Positions 1 to 14,300 of a DNA stretch of 64,000 nt are shown piece after piece. A program made the translations under genes and the position numbers. How positions within the stretch are numbered: the first letter of the stretch is position 1; every line of letters starts with the position of its first letter. The DNA is from Caecitellus pseudoparvulus (lineage: Eukaryota > Protista > Bigyra: Bicosoecida), in the NCBI GenBank assembly GCA_965644315.1, contig CBFFRQ010000043.1:372001-436000 (forward strand), read 5' to 3'. The notes beneath the pieces are model-generated. The model did not search any database. It saw nothing but the letters and a program-made list of their open reading frames with translations, and had not been told where the DNA came from.

Positions 1-2303
1 CGGACAGGCAAGTCACGTGCTGCCGCAAGCCAGCGTGCAGGCACTCCAAGCGCTGCAGAAGCAAGCCAGGCTGCTGTCGAAGCAGTTTCTGCACGACTCT
101 GCTGTGGCAGTGTCTGGATCAGCGCTGTCAATGACTCACGCCTTCGGAGATGTGTCCTGCCTCCACGTGGGGTACTATTTAGAGGCGTAAGCGCAGCCCA
201 CGCGTTTCGCTGCCGTTACCCCAGTGCGCAGCCAGCTGCCTGCGTTAATTTTGCAGGCTGTTCTTGCACGGGTCCATGCTGGCAGAAGCAAAGCAACACA
301 AACGCGCAGCAACAGCTTTCCTACGCCTCTCGTCTCTCCTCACCAACTTGGAGACGAATGAAGTGCCAGTGCACGTGTACGGGACAGGTGCCATCCCCTG
401 CCGTGGCCTGCCGAACTTCGCCAACAGGCCGTATATCACGTACAAAGCAGCCAGGTGCCTCTTTGCATTGGAGAAACATGACCGTGCCTTTCATTTGCTG
501 AAGTCGATACCCTTCCGGAAGCGTACGGTCGCCGTTCACTACGACCTTGGCAGAGAATTCTTGAGGAGGGGGTTGAAGCCGCAAGCGCTTGCGTCCTTCC
601 GGGAAGTGCTGAGAGCAAATCCGTACGCAGTTGAGCTAGTGCGCCCCCTTCTTGAGCTTGGGTGCTCCGCGCACCAATTGCTTGAGTGGACCTCGCCTTC
701 CCATGGCCTGCCGAGCGTGCACAGCAGCTGGCTGCAGTCCATCGTTGCAATGGAGCAGGCGGCCGTGGCGGCAGACAACTACAAGGCTGTGCGAGCGGCA
801 GCTTCATGCATGCTTCCTACGGCTTCCATGCCATGCACTCCTTCGGAGGATGCCGCAATGGAGTTCCCGCGCTCACTTGCGGGGATAGTAGACCTCCTCC
901 CTGTGGCTGTTCTGTCCAGCAGTGTCGGGTTGCATTGCTCCAGCGATGGGTCTGGCGAAGTCTTGGAGGAAGCAGACCCAGGAGTGGCCCTGTCTTTGTC
1001 CCAAGGCTCGTGCAAAGGGACTGCACAGACGTGGCTGCTGAACCCGTCGTTGCCTTTGGCCACTCGTGATTCGGACGATCATGCGGCAGTCCCTATCTTC
1101 CCGCACGGGCACCCAATGTTGCTGTCACGGATGCTTGAGCTAGTGTCGGACTTTGACATGGTTTCAGAGGCGCTCTCTCTCTATAAGCGCCTGCGTGTGG
1201 CTGACCCCCTGGGCATTCCAGGATCAGACCAGTTTGCGTATGCTCTCGCCCGAGCGGTCCAGAAGGCAAGCATCCACGGGGGTGGAGGGGAGCTGAAGGC
1301 CGAAATACTGCGTGAACTGTCCCAGTTGGTCGCCGTTCTTGCCTCAGACCGCCACCACGCGTCAGCCTGGGCAGTAGCTGCCCTGCTTTCGTGGAGTCAG
1401 GGTGACACACACAACGCCGTGCGCTTCGTCAACACAGGCATGCAGTGCGACTCATACCAAGAGCTGTGCATGACTGTAAAGGGCCATGTGCTGCACGACA
1501 TGAAGTCTTATCACTCTGCTGCGAACCACTTCTTCACCAGCAACACCAGGCGGCCGTCTCTGCACTGCGTGCAGGGGGTTGTGGACAGCTATGCCCAGCT
1601 TGGCATGTGGCGCCAAGCCCTAGCTCATGCGGCTTCAGCAACCAAAGCATCACCTCATGATGCAAGAGCGCCACTTCTCCTTGGCAACACGATTCTCCAG
1701 GCGCTTTTGGCTGGTGACAGCGTTGAAGAGGAGATCATGCAAGAGCGCTACGGGATCGACTTTTCGTTTTCCGGCGCCGCCCGGCAGGTGTGTCTGTGCT
1801 GCGAAGACTTGCTCCTTGCCCAACACAAAACTGCCTTCTGCACACTTTGCTATCTCATTTCGCAGTTTTCTGCTGCCCTGTCCAAGTGCCCGGGACTGCC
1901 GGAGGCTATTGTCGGCTTGGCATTCGCAGAGTACGAAGGTGGCAACAAGGGAGCGGCTGAGCAACGGTACGTTGGGAGCCCCATGCACGTGCCGAGACCT
2001 GGCCTTGTCCCCCCATCTCAACGGTATACATTCTTCACCCCACGAGCATGCCGCAGGCTGCAAGATGCTGACGTTCCTGCCCATGCCATGGACTACATAT
2101 CCTTCCATCGGGCAAGGTTCCTCTTGCGTGAGGAACGATATCAAGATGCAGTGAAGCTCTTGCAGGTGCTGGTTGGCACCACTGTGGACTTCCCTGGAGC
2201 ACAGAAGCTGCTTAGACGGGCAGAGGCCTTGATGCGTGGCGAAGACCCCGATGCAGCTGAGGCAGACGATGCAAGGGAGGTGGAGGGTGAAGCAGGCCAC
2301 TGA
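1..2303 (+). CDS. APC7: Anaphase-promoting complex subunit 7-like TPR protein (5' partial, spliced)
   Basis: The frame from nt 2 (..LQKQARLLSKQFLHDSAVAV..GYYLEA) joins ORF 264-2303 through a GT-AG intron at 187-256. TPR motifs typical of APC7 are present (LLKSIPFRKRTVAVHYDLG, EVLRANPYAVE, GSDQFAYAL, SLHCVQGVVDSY). Two more in-frame introns are probable at 1788-1865 and 1967-2056. Confidence 0.8.
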
Positions 2304-2356
2304 TTCGAGTCTGCACAATGAATTCCATGCGTTACACCTTGCACAACAGAGAAACT

Positions 2357-5300
2357 TCAAGGTTCGTCAGGTTCCAACGAGCCTGGCTTGCTTTGGCCGA
2401 ACCGAGCCTTGCCCGCCAGGGCTCGCTTGGTGCCAGAAATGCTTCGCCGCCGCTGGCGGGGCGAGCTGCCAGCTACAGCGCTTGCTTTCGCGTCTTCAAC
2501 AGCCGGTCGGAGCCCCCCGCTTCTTGACAGGGCCGTAGCTCGGCCAGTACTGCCTGTATCTGGCGATACAGGGGTAGCGGCAGCATCGATGGGGCCGCCT
2601 GATCGATGAAGGCTTTGCCTTCTGCGTCGCCGATCATGGCCTGCCATAGCTTGGTCGCGTTCTGCCCTGCTGATGTCACGCTTCAGCTCCTGGACCTGTG
2701 CCTGCAGGCCGCCCACCATTTTCACCATGTCTCCATATAGAACCTGAATCTTGGCCCACTGCTCCGGCTGTGGCGGCTCTTGCATGGACATGATGCTTCC
2801 AGCCAGAGCTGTGTGTGCTTCCATGCTCTGATCCCCGCCCCCTGGCGCAGTGCGGCCTGCTTTGGCAGCCATTGCGAACATAGGGTTCGTCTCAGACACG
2901 ACAGGGCCCACTGACACGAAAGGTGACTCCGAAGCGACTGGGTTGGTGGAGCCGCTGAAGAACGAGGTCAGCTCAACTCCCGACATGTCTGCGATGCTCT
3001 GACGCCGGGATCGACTGTTTCGGGTGGCTGGTGAAGGAGCCGCCTTGTTGAAGGCAGCAGGCAGCTTGGGTGATCCAAACGAGAAACTGCTGCGGCGGGT
3101 AGACTGTGTCTTGCTCAGCGCAGACGCATTTTTCCCAGCAGCTGCAAGTGAGTGCTTGTGTGTGCGCCGGGACTGCCCGTCGCGAGCCAGCTCGGCAGCT
3201 TCACCCCAAAGCAGCCGCACCTCAGCCACCACAACACTAACGAAGTAGACAATGGATGCTGTCAGGACCAGGACCACGGCCACAGCAAGGAAGTCGCGAT
3301 GGACCTGGTAGAAAGACGAGTCAAGCTGCCCCGTTGAGAACATGATCCCAGAGAGCGTCACAAGAACAGCGCAGAATAACAGAACAGCTTCCACCGTGTT
3401 GTAGTTGATCAAGAACGCACCGACCACAGCAGCTGCGACAGTTGCCTTCTCTGACACTGAAGCAGCCTTCATACCAGCCATGCTGGCAGCTCGTCCCTTC
3501 CGCCGGCTCTTCACGGACACCTCCTTCAGGGAAGCGGACAGCGCGAGGTGTGTGGGGTCCTCATCAAAAGCTTTCAGGCGGTGGGCCCGCAACACATCAT
3601 CGCGATCACCCGGAGACATGAAAGGGCGAAAGCGCACCTGCAGCGCGTACGCGATGAACATGACCAGTAGAGCCAAGGAGAGCTGGAAGGCTGGGTTCGC
3701 GTTAAACGTATTGCGGGTGAGAGCAAGAAGCAACTTGCGCCCAAGCAACACCATCATCCACAGCGGCGCAAAATCTGGCGTGAAGGGGAAGTACAGCTTC
3801 TCATATCGCTTCCGCACTTCATACGCATGGGGATTTTGCAAGGGCGTATTTCCAGTTCGCATGGCGCGCAGGAGTTGGTCCTCCATGATTTCCAGCTTGT
3901 GCTTGCGCAGGATGCGTCCGACGTACAAGGGGAAGCCCACGACATAGACGACGAGGCCAACGATGGCCCAGGGCAACAATGTCACTTGCAGTCCCCCCTT
4001 TTCGCCGCAAGGCTCGAACACAACTTCGAGGTACAGGCGGCCGTCAGGTGGGTCGGTCGGCACGCAGTTGAAAATGTCCATCACAGTCCGAGACAAGTAC
4101 AGGTACAGGACATACATCGCCATGATGAAAGTGGCAATGAGGCGTGGGGCATGGCCTTGCAGGTGTTTTCGGCCGCGTTGCCGGAGAACACATCGCTTGT
4201 ACAGGTACACAACGGCGAATGCGAGCAGTAGTGTGGCTCCAACAGCAACAGGGAAGGACATGACGAGCGCCCATTGCTGAAGGTAGCCCAAGTCCGGCAC
4301 TGCGCACTCCGGCGTTGCGATGTCCAAGTTGAACGAAAACGCAGAGAGCACAACAAAGAACTCGCGCAGGAAGCCCGGCCATGGAACCCTCGCCGAAGCG
4401 AAGAGTGCTAGCACCTGAAAGTAGTCGACCCCCACAGACACCAGCGCCAAGTTGATGTCTTGCTTATTCAGCCAGTATGCGAAAGCAGCCGCCGTCATGG
4501 CAAGGAGCACAAAAACGAGCACCAGGACCCAAGGCGCATCTGGGCATCGCACACAGAGTCCTGCCCGCCGGAAGTAGTTCTCGTCACAGGAAGCACACCG
4601 GTACAGGGGCGGGCGAGATGCGTAGCCAGTGGCACATTGGTTATCCCCCAGGCAAGCTTCGGCTGGCGAGCAGGCAACAATGCAGACCTGGCGCTCAGGG
4701 TTTGAGTCAACATCCAACCCAGCACATGCTTCTGCAAACGTGGACCCATTCAAGTTGTAGAAGTTGGGCCGTGCCTGAGGGTATGTATGTCTGCCGTCAA
4801 CAAACCCGGCACAGTCTGCACCATCCGGGCACGGCAGGCAGTCCTCGTCCTCCCTGCCGTAGAAACCTGGAGCACAAACAACGGTCAAGGCCAAAGGGTC
4901 ATCGGTTGGTAACAAGCCAGACTGCCCCGCAACTGTCACTGACAAAGCCTTCCTGCCCACCGTCGTTCGAGGCACTGCACAAGTCACTAAGTCAGACTGA
5001 GGCAGCAAGGTGCCATCTGCAGCCTGCCGCCTTGGGTGTAAGCACATGCTGGAAGAAATATTGATTGCCAGTGCTTCGTCGCCCGGGCGCCACAAGGAAG
5101 CGTGGCGTAGTGCCCCGAAGTTGTGACCGAAGATGGAGAGCTCTTGTGCGTCGGGCGACTCGCTGCTTGACGACTGAAGCCGCCTTCCTCGCGAGAGCGG
5201 CGCTGGCTGAGAGCCTCCACGAAGGTACAAGGTCATGGGCGAGATGAGAGTGATTTCTGGGGCATCGAATGTGTACGACACATTGACTTCCCGCCAAAGC

Positions 5301-8300
5301 TGGCCCGTGTCAAAGCGAAGCCATTGGAGGCGAACAGTGTTGTTGATGCCCAATCCAGGGCCAGAGAGCACCCGAATTTCTGACGGGGACTGCGCGAGAA
5401 CTGTCCCGGCTGCAGCTGCGCACTGTGGTCCAAGCTCCACCGGCACTTTTGCGCCAACACTGATGGCGGCTGCCTCACTCACGGCATTTGTCCTGCAAGA
5501 CCCCGCAAAATCAATGCGGAGAAGGTACACAGGAGGAGTTAAACCTACAGACGCAGGCAGCGGCTTAGGGAAGTTGAACACTGCCCCCGACTGCACAGCA
5601 GCAAGAGAGGGTGGTGCAGGCCCGAAGCCCTGCCCGGTGATCGTTGTGTCTTCACCTCCCGCACTCCCTTTGAATCCGGCTACAGCAGAGATGCTTGCCG
5701 TGGGCACTGCTGAACTCGCCCGCAAGCCACCGGTCTGTACAGTAGTGGAACTGAAGAGCCCCCTGCAGAACACGTGCAGCCGAAAGTCACCAAGCAAAGG
5801 CTGCGTGCGAACAATGATGCGATTGTGAGACCACAGAAGAATCTGAGCAGGTCCCATGACTTGCCCAGGCTGGGTCGGCACGTGCCACCCAACAGGCAAG
5901 GCGCTTGCGTCCCCTGGCACTGGCGCCGCAGCAAACACCTCTCCTTCCCCTCTGCTGTCCAGTTGAAGATTGCACAGCAGGGGGGGCGGTGTTTCTCCAT
6001 GCTGCCTCACACTTATGAACAAGCAGGCCCCACCAGGCTGTCCTGCCCATGGTGCAGGCCCAAAGTTCACTCCGACGATCTCCAGCACGTCTCCCCCTGA
6101 GGACCGCAAAGAGACCTCCGGGTCAACTGTGACGGGACTGACCGGGCTCGGAACGAAGCTTGGTCCCCCATACACTGACGCCATGACCTGATCAGCCTCA
6201 TTCTGTACTGTTTCCGTCACCGTGGCATTGTCACGTATCGTCAGAAGATTCGCTTTCCAAAGGAGGGGGGGGTCGTACGACAAAAGACCTTCCGGCGAGA
6301 CACCCTCCATCCCCCCTACAGATACGTATACAAACAAGCCTCTGCCCCCCCCCGGAGGCATGGTGCAACGAAGCTCACCCTGGTGTATCCGGTCCACAGG
6401 CTGCGGCAGTGGTGGCAGGGCAGGCAAGGTCCCTGCACTGATTGGGTCAGGGACTGCTCCAGGAACAGAGTCAGGGGAGCACTGCAACAACGAAGGAGGC
6501 CAGCTGGGTGGTCCAGCGCTTGTTGCAGTAGAGACACCTTCGGGTCCAAGCAAGACGGAAACTTCGAACGAAGGTCCAGTCGAAATACCCGGTGCCACAG
6601 GCGCTACGATAGGGACTGCCCCGAACTGATCCCCTGTTACACGGAGCATATCGCCGCCAGCGGTGCGCAAGAGGCCTGACCCGCCATCTTCAGAAGGCAG
6701 TGCCCCCGCACTTACAACAACTGGCCTCCGATACGTCAGGCTTCCACTCACGTCTGCAGTGAGGAACGTTCCAGTCTGGTCTGCAGCTGCCAGTGCGATC
6801 CCAGCACCGGCGGCACCAGAGCCGGGGGGGATCTCTACTGCAACGACATCCTCCCCTTCAGCCGCACCCGGGCATCGTCGACCTGGATGTTCGCGCGCAT
6901 AGCATACAGTCACACCAGGAAGTGTGCCTTGCCACGCAAGCTCTGCTTCTGCTGTAGCTGGGCCAGCAGATCTGCAGGTTGGGATGGGTGGGAAACCTCC
7001 TAGTGTGACGGTAGGACACAAGCCAAAATTTATCCCCACGAGCACGATACTGCCGCCGTAGGTCGGAACTTGAACGCTTTCGGGCCCTTGTGCAGCGAGA
7101 GTGTCCCAACGCAGGCAGGCGGCTGGAGGTCGAGTCCCTTGGGCTGGCACGACAGCGGACCCACTGGTGGCTGAGGAACCAGACACGCTGTACCTTGCCA
7201 AGCACGTGGACGAGGATGCTTGCTGAGCCTCCGGCCTGTTCGGTCCGCCTGGGCCTTGAGCTTCTGCTGCCCAGGCAACCCCAGTCGTGCTTGTATCAAT
7301 GATTGTAACGGTGGTGACTTCAGGAGGTGCATACGATACGAATGCAATGCTCGACACGGACGAGCCTCTCTGTATACGCATGGGCACACTGGAGCCTTGA
7401 CCAGGCGGGACTTGACACCATGCATAGCATGGGTCTGCAAGTTGGGGACCGCTACCTGTGGTCGACATGTAGTGCTCAGTGCACGAGTCTCTAATGTACC
7501 GAGCTGCATCGCTAGTTGGCACCTGCCCACTCTGTGGCCCCCATACGGAGCCCGATTTGCTGGCTGTTTGGAGGTGTGCAGGCAGGGTTGGCGCAGTTGC
7601 AGCCCAGCCGTCCGCAACGACGACTGGGCACAGTGCTGTGCCATTAGGCCAAGTACTGAGCCCAACCACGATCTCTAGAGCGTCTCCGCCCTGCACAGTG
7701 CCAAAGTCCGTGGCAACGAGCAGCGCAGCCCCACCTGCGGCGGGAAATCCCCCTGCAGGCATGCCTCGAGAGCTCACAGCGAAGACTGGCTGCGCACCAC
7801 TGACTTGCACTACGGCAGAGCTTTGGATCAAAGCCAGTGGCTGCGGAGTTGGCACTGGGTCAGACTCCGGCAGGACATCGGCGGGAGGTGAGAAAGAGCT
7901 ACTGAGCACTGCAATAAACATCTGGCTGGTCAAGTCAATCGTGTAAATCTGAACGGATGACTGCGTCCACCATGACGAAGAATTCAGTCGGGTGCTGGCT
8001 GCCCCACCGGTTGTTGGAAGAAGAGGCGAAAACGAGTCGGCTTGGCTTGTCTGAATGAACAAGCCAGAGACCAGAGCACCTGACAGGTTGAGTGGGCACA
8101 CCAAGGCAGCGTTGTCACCTGCTGCTGCGGCGGAGAGCAAGGCAGCCTGAGTTGTGCATGACCCATTCCCTGCCCTGGAAAGCACCAGGCTTGCAGGGGG
8201 GACTGTTCCCCCATACAGCGGGTTGGGGCCGAAGTTGGCCCCGTACATGGTGACTCTGCGAACGCCCAACGACTGCACAGCAGCACGAGTAGCCGGGACG

Positions 8301-11300
8301 CCCCACAAAGCAGCAGCCTCCAGCAAGGCAGAAGGGACTTCCCATGCCAAGTCAACTGAGACGTAGTCCACCCTTGGCGCCAAGTACCTGAGTGTCGCAA
8401 AACCCATCGCCCATATTGAGAGCGACGTCGTGTTTGTTTGCGTACCTGCGTCCGCATCGGGCTCTTGCACGACTTCCATAAACACCCCACGCTGCCCGCC
8501 GATGCCGGAGGGAATCGGAACCTGCACACTGTGAACTCGGAGGGGCTTCTTGGGTGCCCCCGTGACAGTATCGAGAGCAAGTAGCTTGGTCGCTGTCAAC
8601 GGCCCAATAAGCGTGCCATCATCACGTGGGTTGCCGATGTAGATGCGAGCCGTGGTTCGCTGGCTTGGGGGCACGCTGCGCACAGAGACGGTCAGCCATT
8701 GGGAAGCACCGGCGCTGCCCACAGTTGAGGCATTTTGCGGGCTGATGCCGAGAAGGGTCGGTCGCTCGTAAGAGAACGAGGTGATGGAGGGTGGGGAGGA
8801 CTGCCCTCCTCGGACCACAGTTACCCGAAGGCCTGCACCAAGGCCTGCTGGCAGGGGGACACGGATGCTGGAATCATTCACAACGCTGGCGTTGGCAATG
8901 TCAAACTCTATCCCCGTGGGTCCGAACTGCACTAATGGCGGAGCGAGGCAGCCACTTGTGTTAAGCACTGCCTGGGGAATGGAGTTTTGCGGGATTTCTG
9001 CCTGGCAGGTGGCCAGGGTTCGTACCGGGGGGCCAAAGCTGTCACCATCTATGCTGAGGATGGTCCCACCACTGGTACTAGCGTGTTCTACTGGCTGCCC
9101 AGAGGGATTTCTTAGTGTCAATGCACGAACACTGGGGGTTGCGTACGCAGTGGTTGCGGGGACGTTGCTTTGCCCACCGATCACCAGCGACCAGACAAGC
9201 CCAGACCCCGCTCCGGCAGAAGCAGTGCATGCCAGGGCAACATGCGGAACAACCATCGAGCAATTTTCCGCTAGGAACACAACGTCAGTTCCAGGTCCAT
9301 CACCACCCAACGTATACCACGCCATATCGTAACCTGCATCGTGTGCCGCGGCTGCTAGGGTGCGAGCAGTTCCCTCGGACGTGCCCGCGGACGGAGATGC
9401 TCGCCGGCGCAGCCACAGCTCCGGTGGTTGCCGAAAGGTAGCGCCAAAATTCCTGCCCTCCAAGATGACTTCTTGCCCCCCACGCGTGGACAGCTCAGTT
9501 GGTGATGCAATAGACGGATCTGGAACGGAAAAGAGGCCTATGGCAGGGGGCGCGTAGCCCGAGAAGCCGCCCACAGAAGACAAGCCGCAGCCAGGCGTTT
9601 CTAGTACCCAAGCATGCCCCGTCCCAACCCCTGGAGGGACCTTGCACTCCACGAGCCACGGAGCTTGTCGGCATGCGGAGCGAGCTGCTTGGTCAGGTTT
9701 CAAGCACGACTCACTGGGAAAGGCTCGGCCCGACAAGGAGCACTCGACAGCTGCATACTGCAGCCAGTCTGCAGGCGAAGAGTCAGCAGAGAATGGGCAA
9801 GGGAAGGCAGGACTGAGATGTGGCGGTGGCAGAGTGGTACCCATGGGTGGCATTCTAGGTCCAGCGCCAAACCAAGCTCCTTGAATGCTGTGTACGCCCA
9901 AGACGTCAGAGCCTGACGCGCGAGCGACTTCCAGCTGCGCACGCCCACCACCTTCCGTGCTCAAATCAGAAGAAGCAAAGACGCGGATGATCGCAGGTGG
10001 GATGAATGAGATCGAACGGGAGGTAGGCGACGTGTATGGCACTGAGCAACTCGAAGCACCAGGCAGCCCGCCCACCCCAAGCAAGCAAACCTGCAGAGTC
10101 AAGTTTGCACCCACTGCTGATGGTGGGCGCCAAAAGAACCGGGTGTGAGGCTCAGAGGTGCTCAGGAAGAGTGCCTCATTCCCGGTCGGTGGTTGTTCAG
10201 TGAGCTGCTTTGCAATAGGTTCCTGCCTAGAGTCTGGCCTCACGGTCCCAAGGACTGCTGCTTCAATGAATGCAGCACCCAGCGGGCTCGCAGATCGCAG
10301 GGGTCCGAAGTTCTCACCTTCAACTTCAAGAAAGACCGCAGTCTCCGGGAATGCTTGGTCTCCCGGCATGAGAGAATGCGGGTCTAGTGTTGGCAGTTGC
10401 TGAGAAGAGACTGGGCGGATTGCTGTGATGAGCGGTGGTGCAAAGCCAGCACACAGCTCAACGGCAGAGGAGTCACACGGAGGGACTTGAACCACCTGCC
10501 CGCCCACATTCACAGAGACCTGCAAAGCTTGTGTGCCTGTACCAACTGGTGAGCGGAACTCCACAGCGGTGGAGTTGCCAGTGATGATGCACTGTGAGGG
10601 AGACTGTGCACAGCCTGAGTCACTGCGCACCTCGGAAGCGACGCCTCCTGGTCCAGACGAGAAAGTAATGGAGATTTGCGAAAGCAGTTCACTGAGGCCA
10701 TTTCCAACGAGAGTCAAAGCCGCGCCCCCGCGAGTTGGCATCGAAGCCCATGGGCCCTTGAAGCTGAGAACCTCGGGCGAGTTATAGTTGAAGGTTGACG
10801 TGGCCGAGGCTTGAAAGGGCATGGCCACACTCGCGCCCGCACCATCACGCTGAACTGTGAAGCGCCATGAGTGGTCAACCCCCACACCTGGGCCAGTTAT
10901 GCACTGCAGACGAGCAGCACTCAATACACTGCAGGAGTGCGAGGCAATCACCAGTGGCGAGGCACCGAGTCCGATCCCATGGGACTTCCCTGCTACAATA
11001 TCACCCATCGCCAGGTCTTGTGCAGCAAATAGGACTGCATCCCCACCAGCTGTGCTGAAGCCCTGAGGAGGGATCTCCAGCACAGACACGACCTGGGGAG
11101 TACGCCCACCTTGTCCAGTAATGTTTGCCAGCACGTAGATGAAGGCCACTCCCACTGTGGGCACTGAAGGCATGCCGTGTTCGTCGACCACGGAGAAGGC
11201 AGCTTCCCAAGCCCCCACAACCTCCCGCCCATCCATGGTTGCAGCGGTGGGTGAAAGGGCAGGCATGTCAACTGCAAGCTCCGCTGTACCAAGCACACCA

Positions 11301-14300
11301 GTAATTGGATCGAGAGAGAAAGAACGAGTTGCATCTTGGCCGTTGCTAGGGAAGCGCTCAGTGACGTTCAGAAGCTGGAAGGTGAGGACTGCACCAGCGT
11401 CCTCATCCGTGGCGACTAGGTTAGACGAGAAGGAGATGTTTGGCAGGAATTCTGCCTCACGAATGTCATTGCTAGGTTGCAGGGCAGGAAGGCGAGGAGG
11501 GTCGTTTGAGTCGCCCACGGCAACGGCCAGAGTGGCCGTGTCTCCCAGCGCAGGGTCTTCAGAGTCCGTCACACGAAGGTACACTTCATAGCCCTGAGTC
11601 CCCTCAAAGTTGAGGCCAAGTGCAGTGCTCACCACACCCGTTGAGCTGTCGATGGAGAAGGGCAGAGGCCTCGGGAGCGCAGACCCCACAGTTGGCTGAG
11701 GCTGACCTGGCAATGGCTGGCCGTCAAGTGTTGCGACACCGTCGATGGAGAAGAGCACTGCCGTGCTCCCTCCAATGTCGGGGTCTGCTGCTGGGATCGC
11801 GGGGCTCAGGTGTGTTCCGACCTGGGCCGATTCTGGCACGGTTCTGTAGAAGGTACGCAGAACTTGGCTGGCATTGTTGGCAGCATCAGCCGCGTAGTCA
11901 AATGAGGGCGGCTCCGGAGCGTCGAGCACGGCAATGAGGACATCAAAAAGAACAGAGCTTGGGCCACTAGCCGAAGTACCCATTGGTGTTGCCCTCACTG
12001 ACAGGAGATGCGATGTCTTTCGCTCAAAATCCAGCAGCCCGCCATGCGCAAGGGAGATGACCCCGGAACAAGCTCCAATGCGGAACAAGGGCAAGCCAGA
12101 AGCAGGATCTATGTGCCCTGTTCCCTCCAAGGAAAACAGGACGTCAACGCCCTCGGCATCAACACTGACTTCCACAGCGGGCAGGATGGGTGTGCCGCCT
12201 GGAGCAAGCTCTGAGATGTTCCGAGCAGCCCCCAGGTGCGGTTCAGGCGGCCTAACAACGCATGTGGGGCGCGAGCCAGCCCAGAAGGCTGCGCCTGGGC
12301 CACCAGCCGAGTCACACTGCACACCTCCGTCAGTGCCATTTACTGCATCATAGCCATTTCGGCAAATCCAAGAACAAGATGCGCCGTGTGTGGCGTGCTG
12401 GCAGGCGAAACCGCCATCACAGGTGGTTTCTAAATGACTCCACCCCACTTCAAGCCCTGTAGCATGAGAAACCAGGCCCACAGACGTCTGGGAGCTGACT
12501 GGGTTGAGCTGCGAGAAAATGCACAGCGTAGGGGGAGGGGCAGAAGCAGCTTGGGAAGCCAATGAAAGCTTTTCACACGCTTCATTGCCACTAAGCAAGC
12601 TTGGGTTCTCGATGCCCAGCTGTGCGTAGCCAAGCTCAATCTGGCTTACGCTGCCGTTCACAGAGGCATGGCCGGGAAGAACCCAAGCTGCGAATAGGCC
12701 GCCTTGCGCGCGGGTTCGTAGCACGATGGGCACACCAGAGGAAGCCTGCACGTCGATCTCAGCCAAGGTGGTGGGCGCACTGCCGCCTGACACTCGCTGA
12801 AGCTTCAACTTCCCACCGGACGGGCCACCCAAAGCAACTGCTGCCCAGTACGCATTGCCAGCATCCCGCAGCCGCGAAGCCAGTGCAAACCAAGGCCCTC
12901 CGTCCTCTTGGTTCGGAACGGCACTGTTTCCTATGGAAAATGCCGCAGAGAACTCGACTGCTCCTCCTTCCAGCAGCTTCGATGCCCAACGCGGGCTTGC
13001 CTGAGTCAGGGTCGACGGCAAAAACTCGCTGCTGTCGCAGCTTTCCGTTGCAGCGTCTGACTTCAACACCGTTGTGCCCACACCGAAAGGGCCAGAAGAC
13101 AGGCCCAGCAGCCAGTAGTCTCCTGCTCGTGCTGCGGGGACATGCGGCACCACGGACCAGGAGCGGAAAATGCGCGGGAGTCCAGTGGTGACGTCAGACG
13201 CACCGAGTCCGACTGCTGGGGACAGCTCACCAAAGTCCAAGCGCTGGATGACCTTAGAGCAAGCCTGTGCGTCTCGGGGGGCTTGCAGCACAGGGCAAGT
13301 GACGCCGCACGTCACCGGCGGGCCTGTCCATCCGCCTGTGTCGCAAGTGGACTGGCCTTGCCCCCCAGCTTCCCGCACAAACCCATCGTGACATGTCTGG
13401 GCACACTTTGAGCCAAAAGGCACCTGAGAGAGAGACGTGGTGCCGCACTGACTTGGGTCTGGTGGGCCTTCTGTTGGCCCTCCAACGCTTGATGAGTTGG
13501 CCGATGTCAAGGCTGGGCAGGACAGGTGGTACTTCGACTGCATGTACTGCACGACAGATGCCACTGTCGCAGGGGAGTGCTCTGCCGCATACAGAATCAG
13601 CTCCACCATGTCGCCTTGGAAGGAGTAATACGAGCCTGAGATCGTGAGGGTGTGGGTCGTCGCAATGGGAGGCTGATAGTCGTCTCCTGAAATTCCAGCG
13701 AGTCCACCGGAGTACCAGCCAGCGGTGTCCCCATTCAAAAAACCTTGGATGCGCCGCTTGCCAGGGGTGTTGTCATCCCCCACCGTCAAGGCCCAGACAT
13801 TGAAGGCTGTAAAGTCCTGGTGGGAGATGAGGCGGGCGCCTCCATTGTCGCAATTGAAGTAACACTGGTTCTTGAACACGCCACCAGAGATGGAATCTCC
13901 AATTCCCATGGAGAACTCCCACCACTCGTCAAAGTACCCGGGGTTCGCTGGGCCCTTGTACAGGACGTTTGCGTACCGTCGGGAAAAGGCTGTCGGGCGG
14001 GTCACTGCGTACACGGTCCAGTAACCCGAGCCGGGGTCCAAGCTTGTGGAAGACGAGACAGAAAAGAAATCACCCAAGTCAAAGGTTAGCGCAGGCTGGC
14101 AGTGCAAGGCATTTCGCTTGAGGTGTGGCCGCTGGCCAGTGCTCGGGGCCAGCCCTGTCCAGCCGCCTACTTCTGACGGCCAAGCAAACGCTCTGCCTGT
14201 AAACCAGGAGCGAGGAGGGAATGAAGTTGGAATCAAACAAGGGCAGGGCTGGGGCTTGCACCTGGGTGCCGTGTGCGTGGCGTCGTGGGCTAGACGCAAG

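Noticed and set aside
1788-2056. Two stop-free introns with lengths divisible by 3 (78 and 90 nt) in APC7, suggesting an enrichment of 3n introns
   Set aside because: Nine of the 29 introns I reconstructed are 3n, about the one third expected. Stop-free short introns are unsurprising at this GC content.
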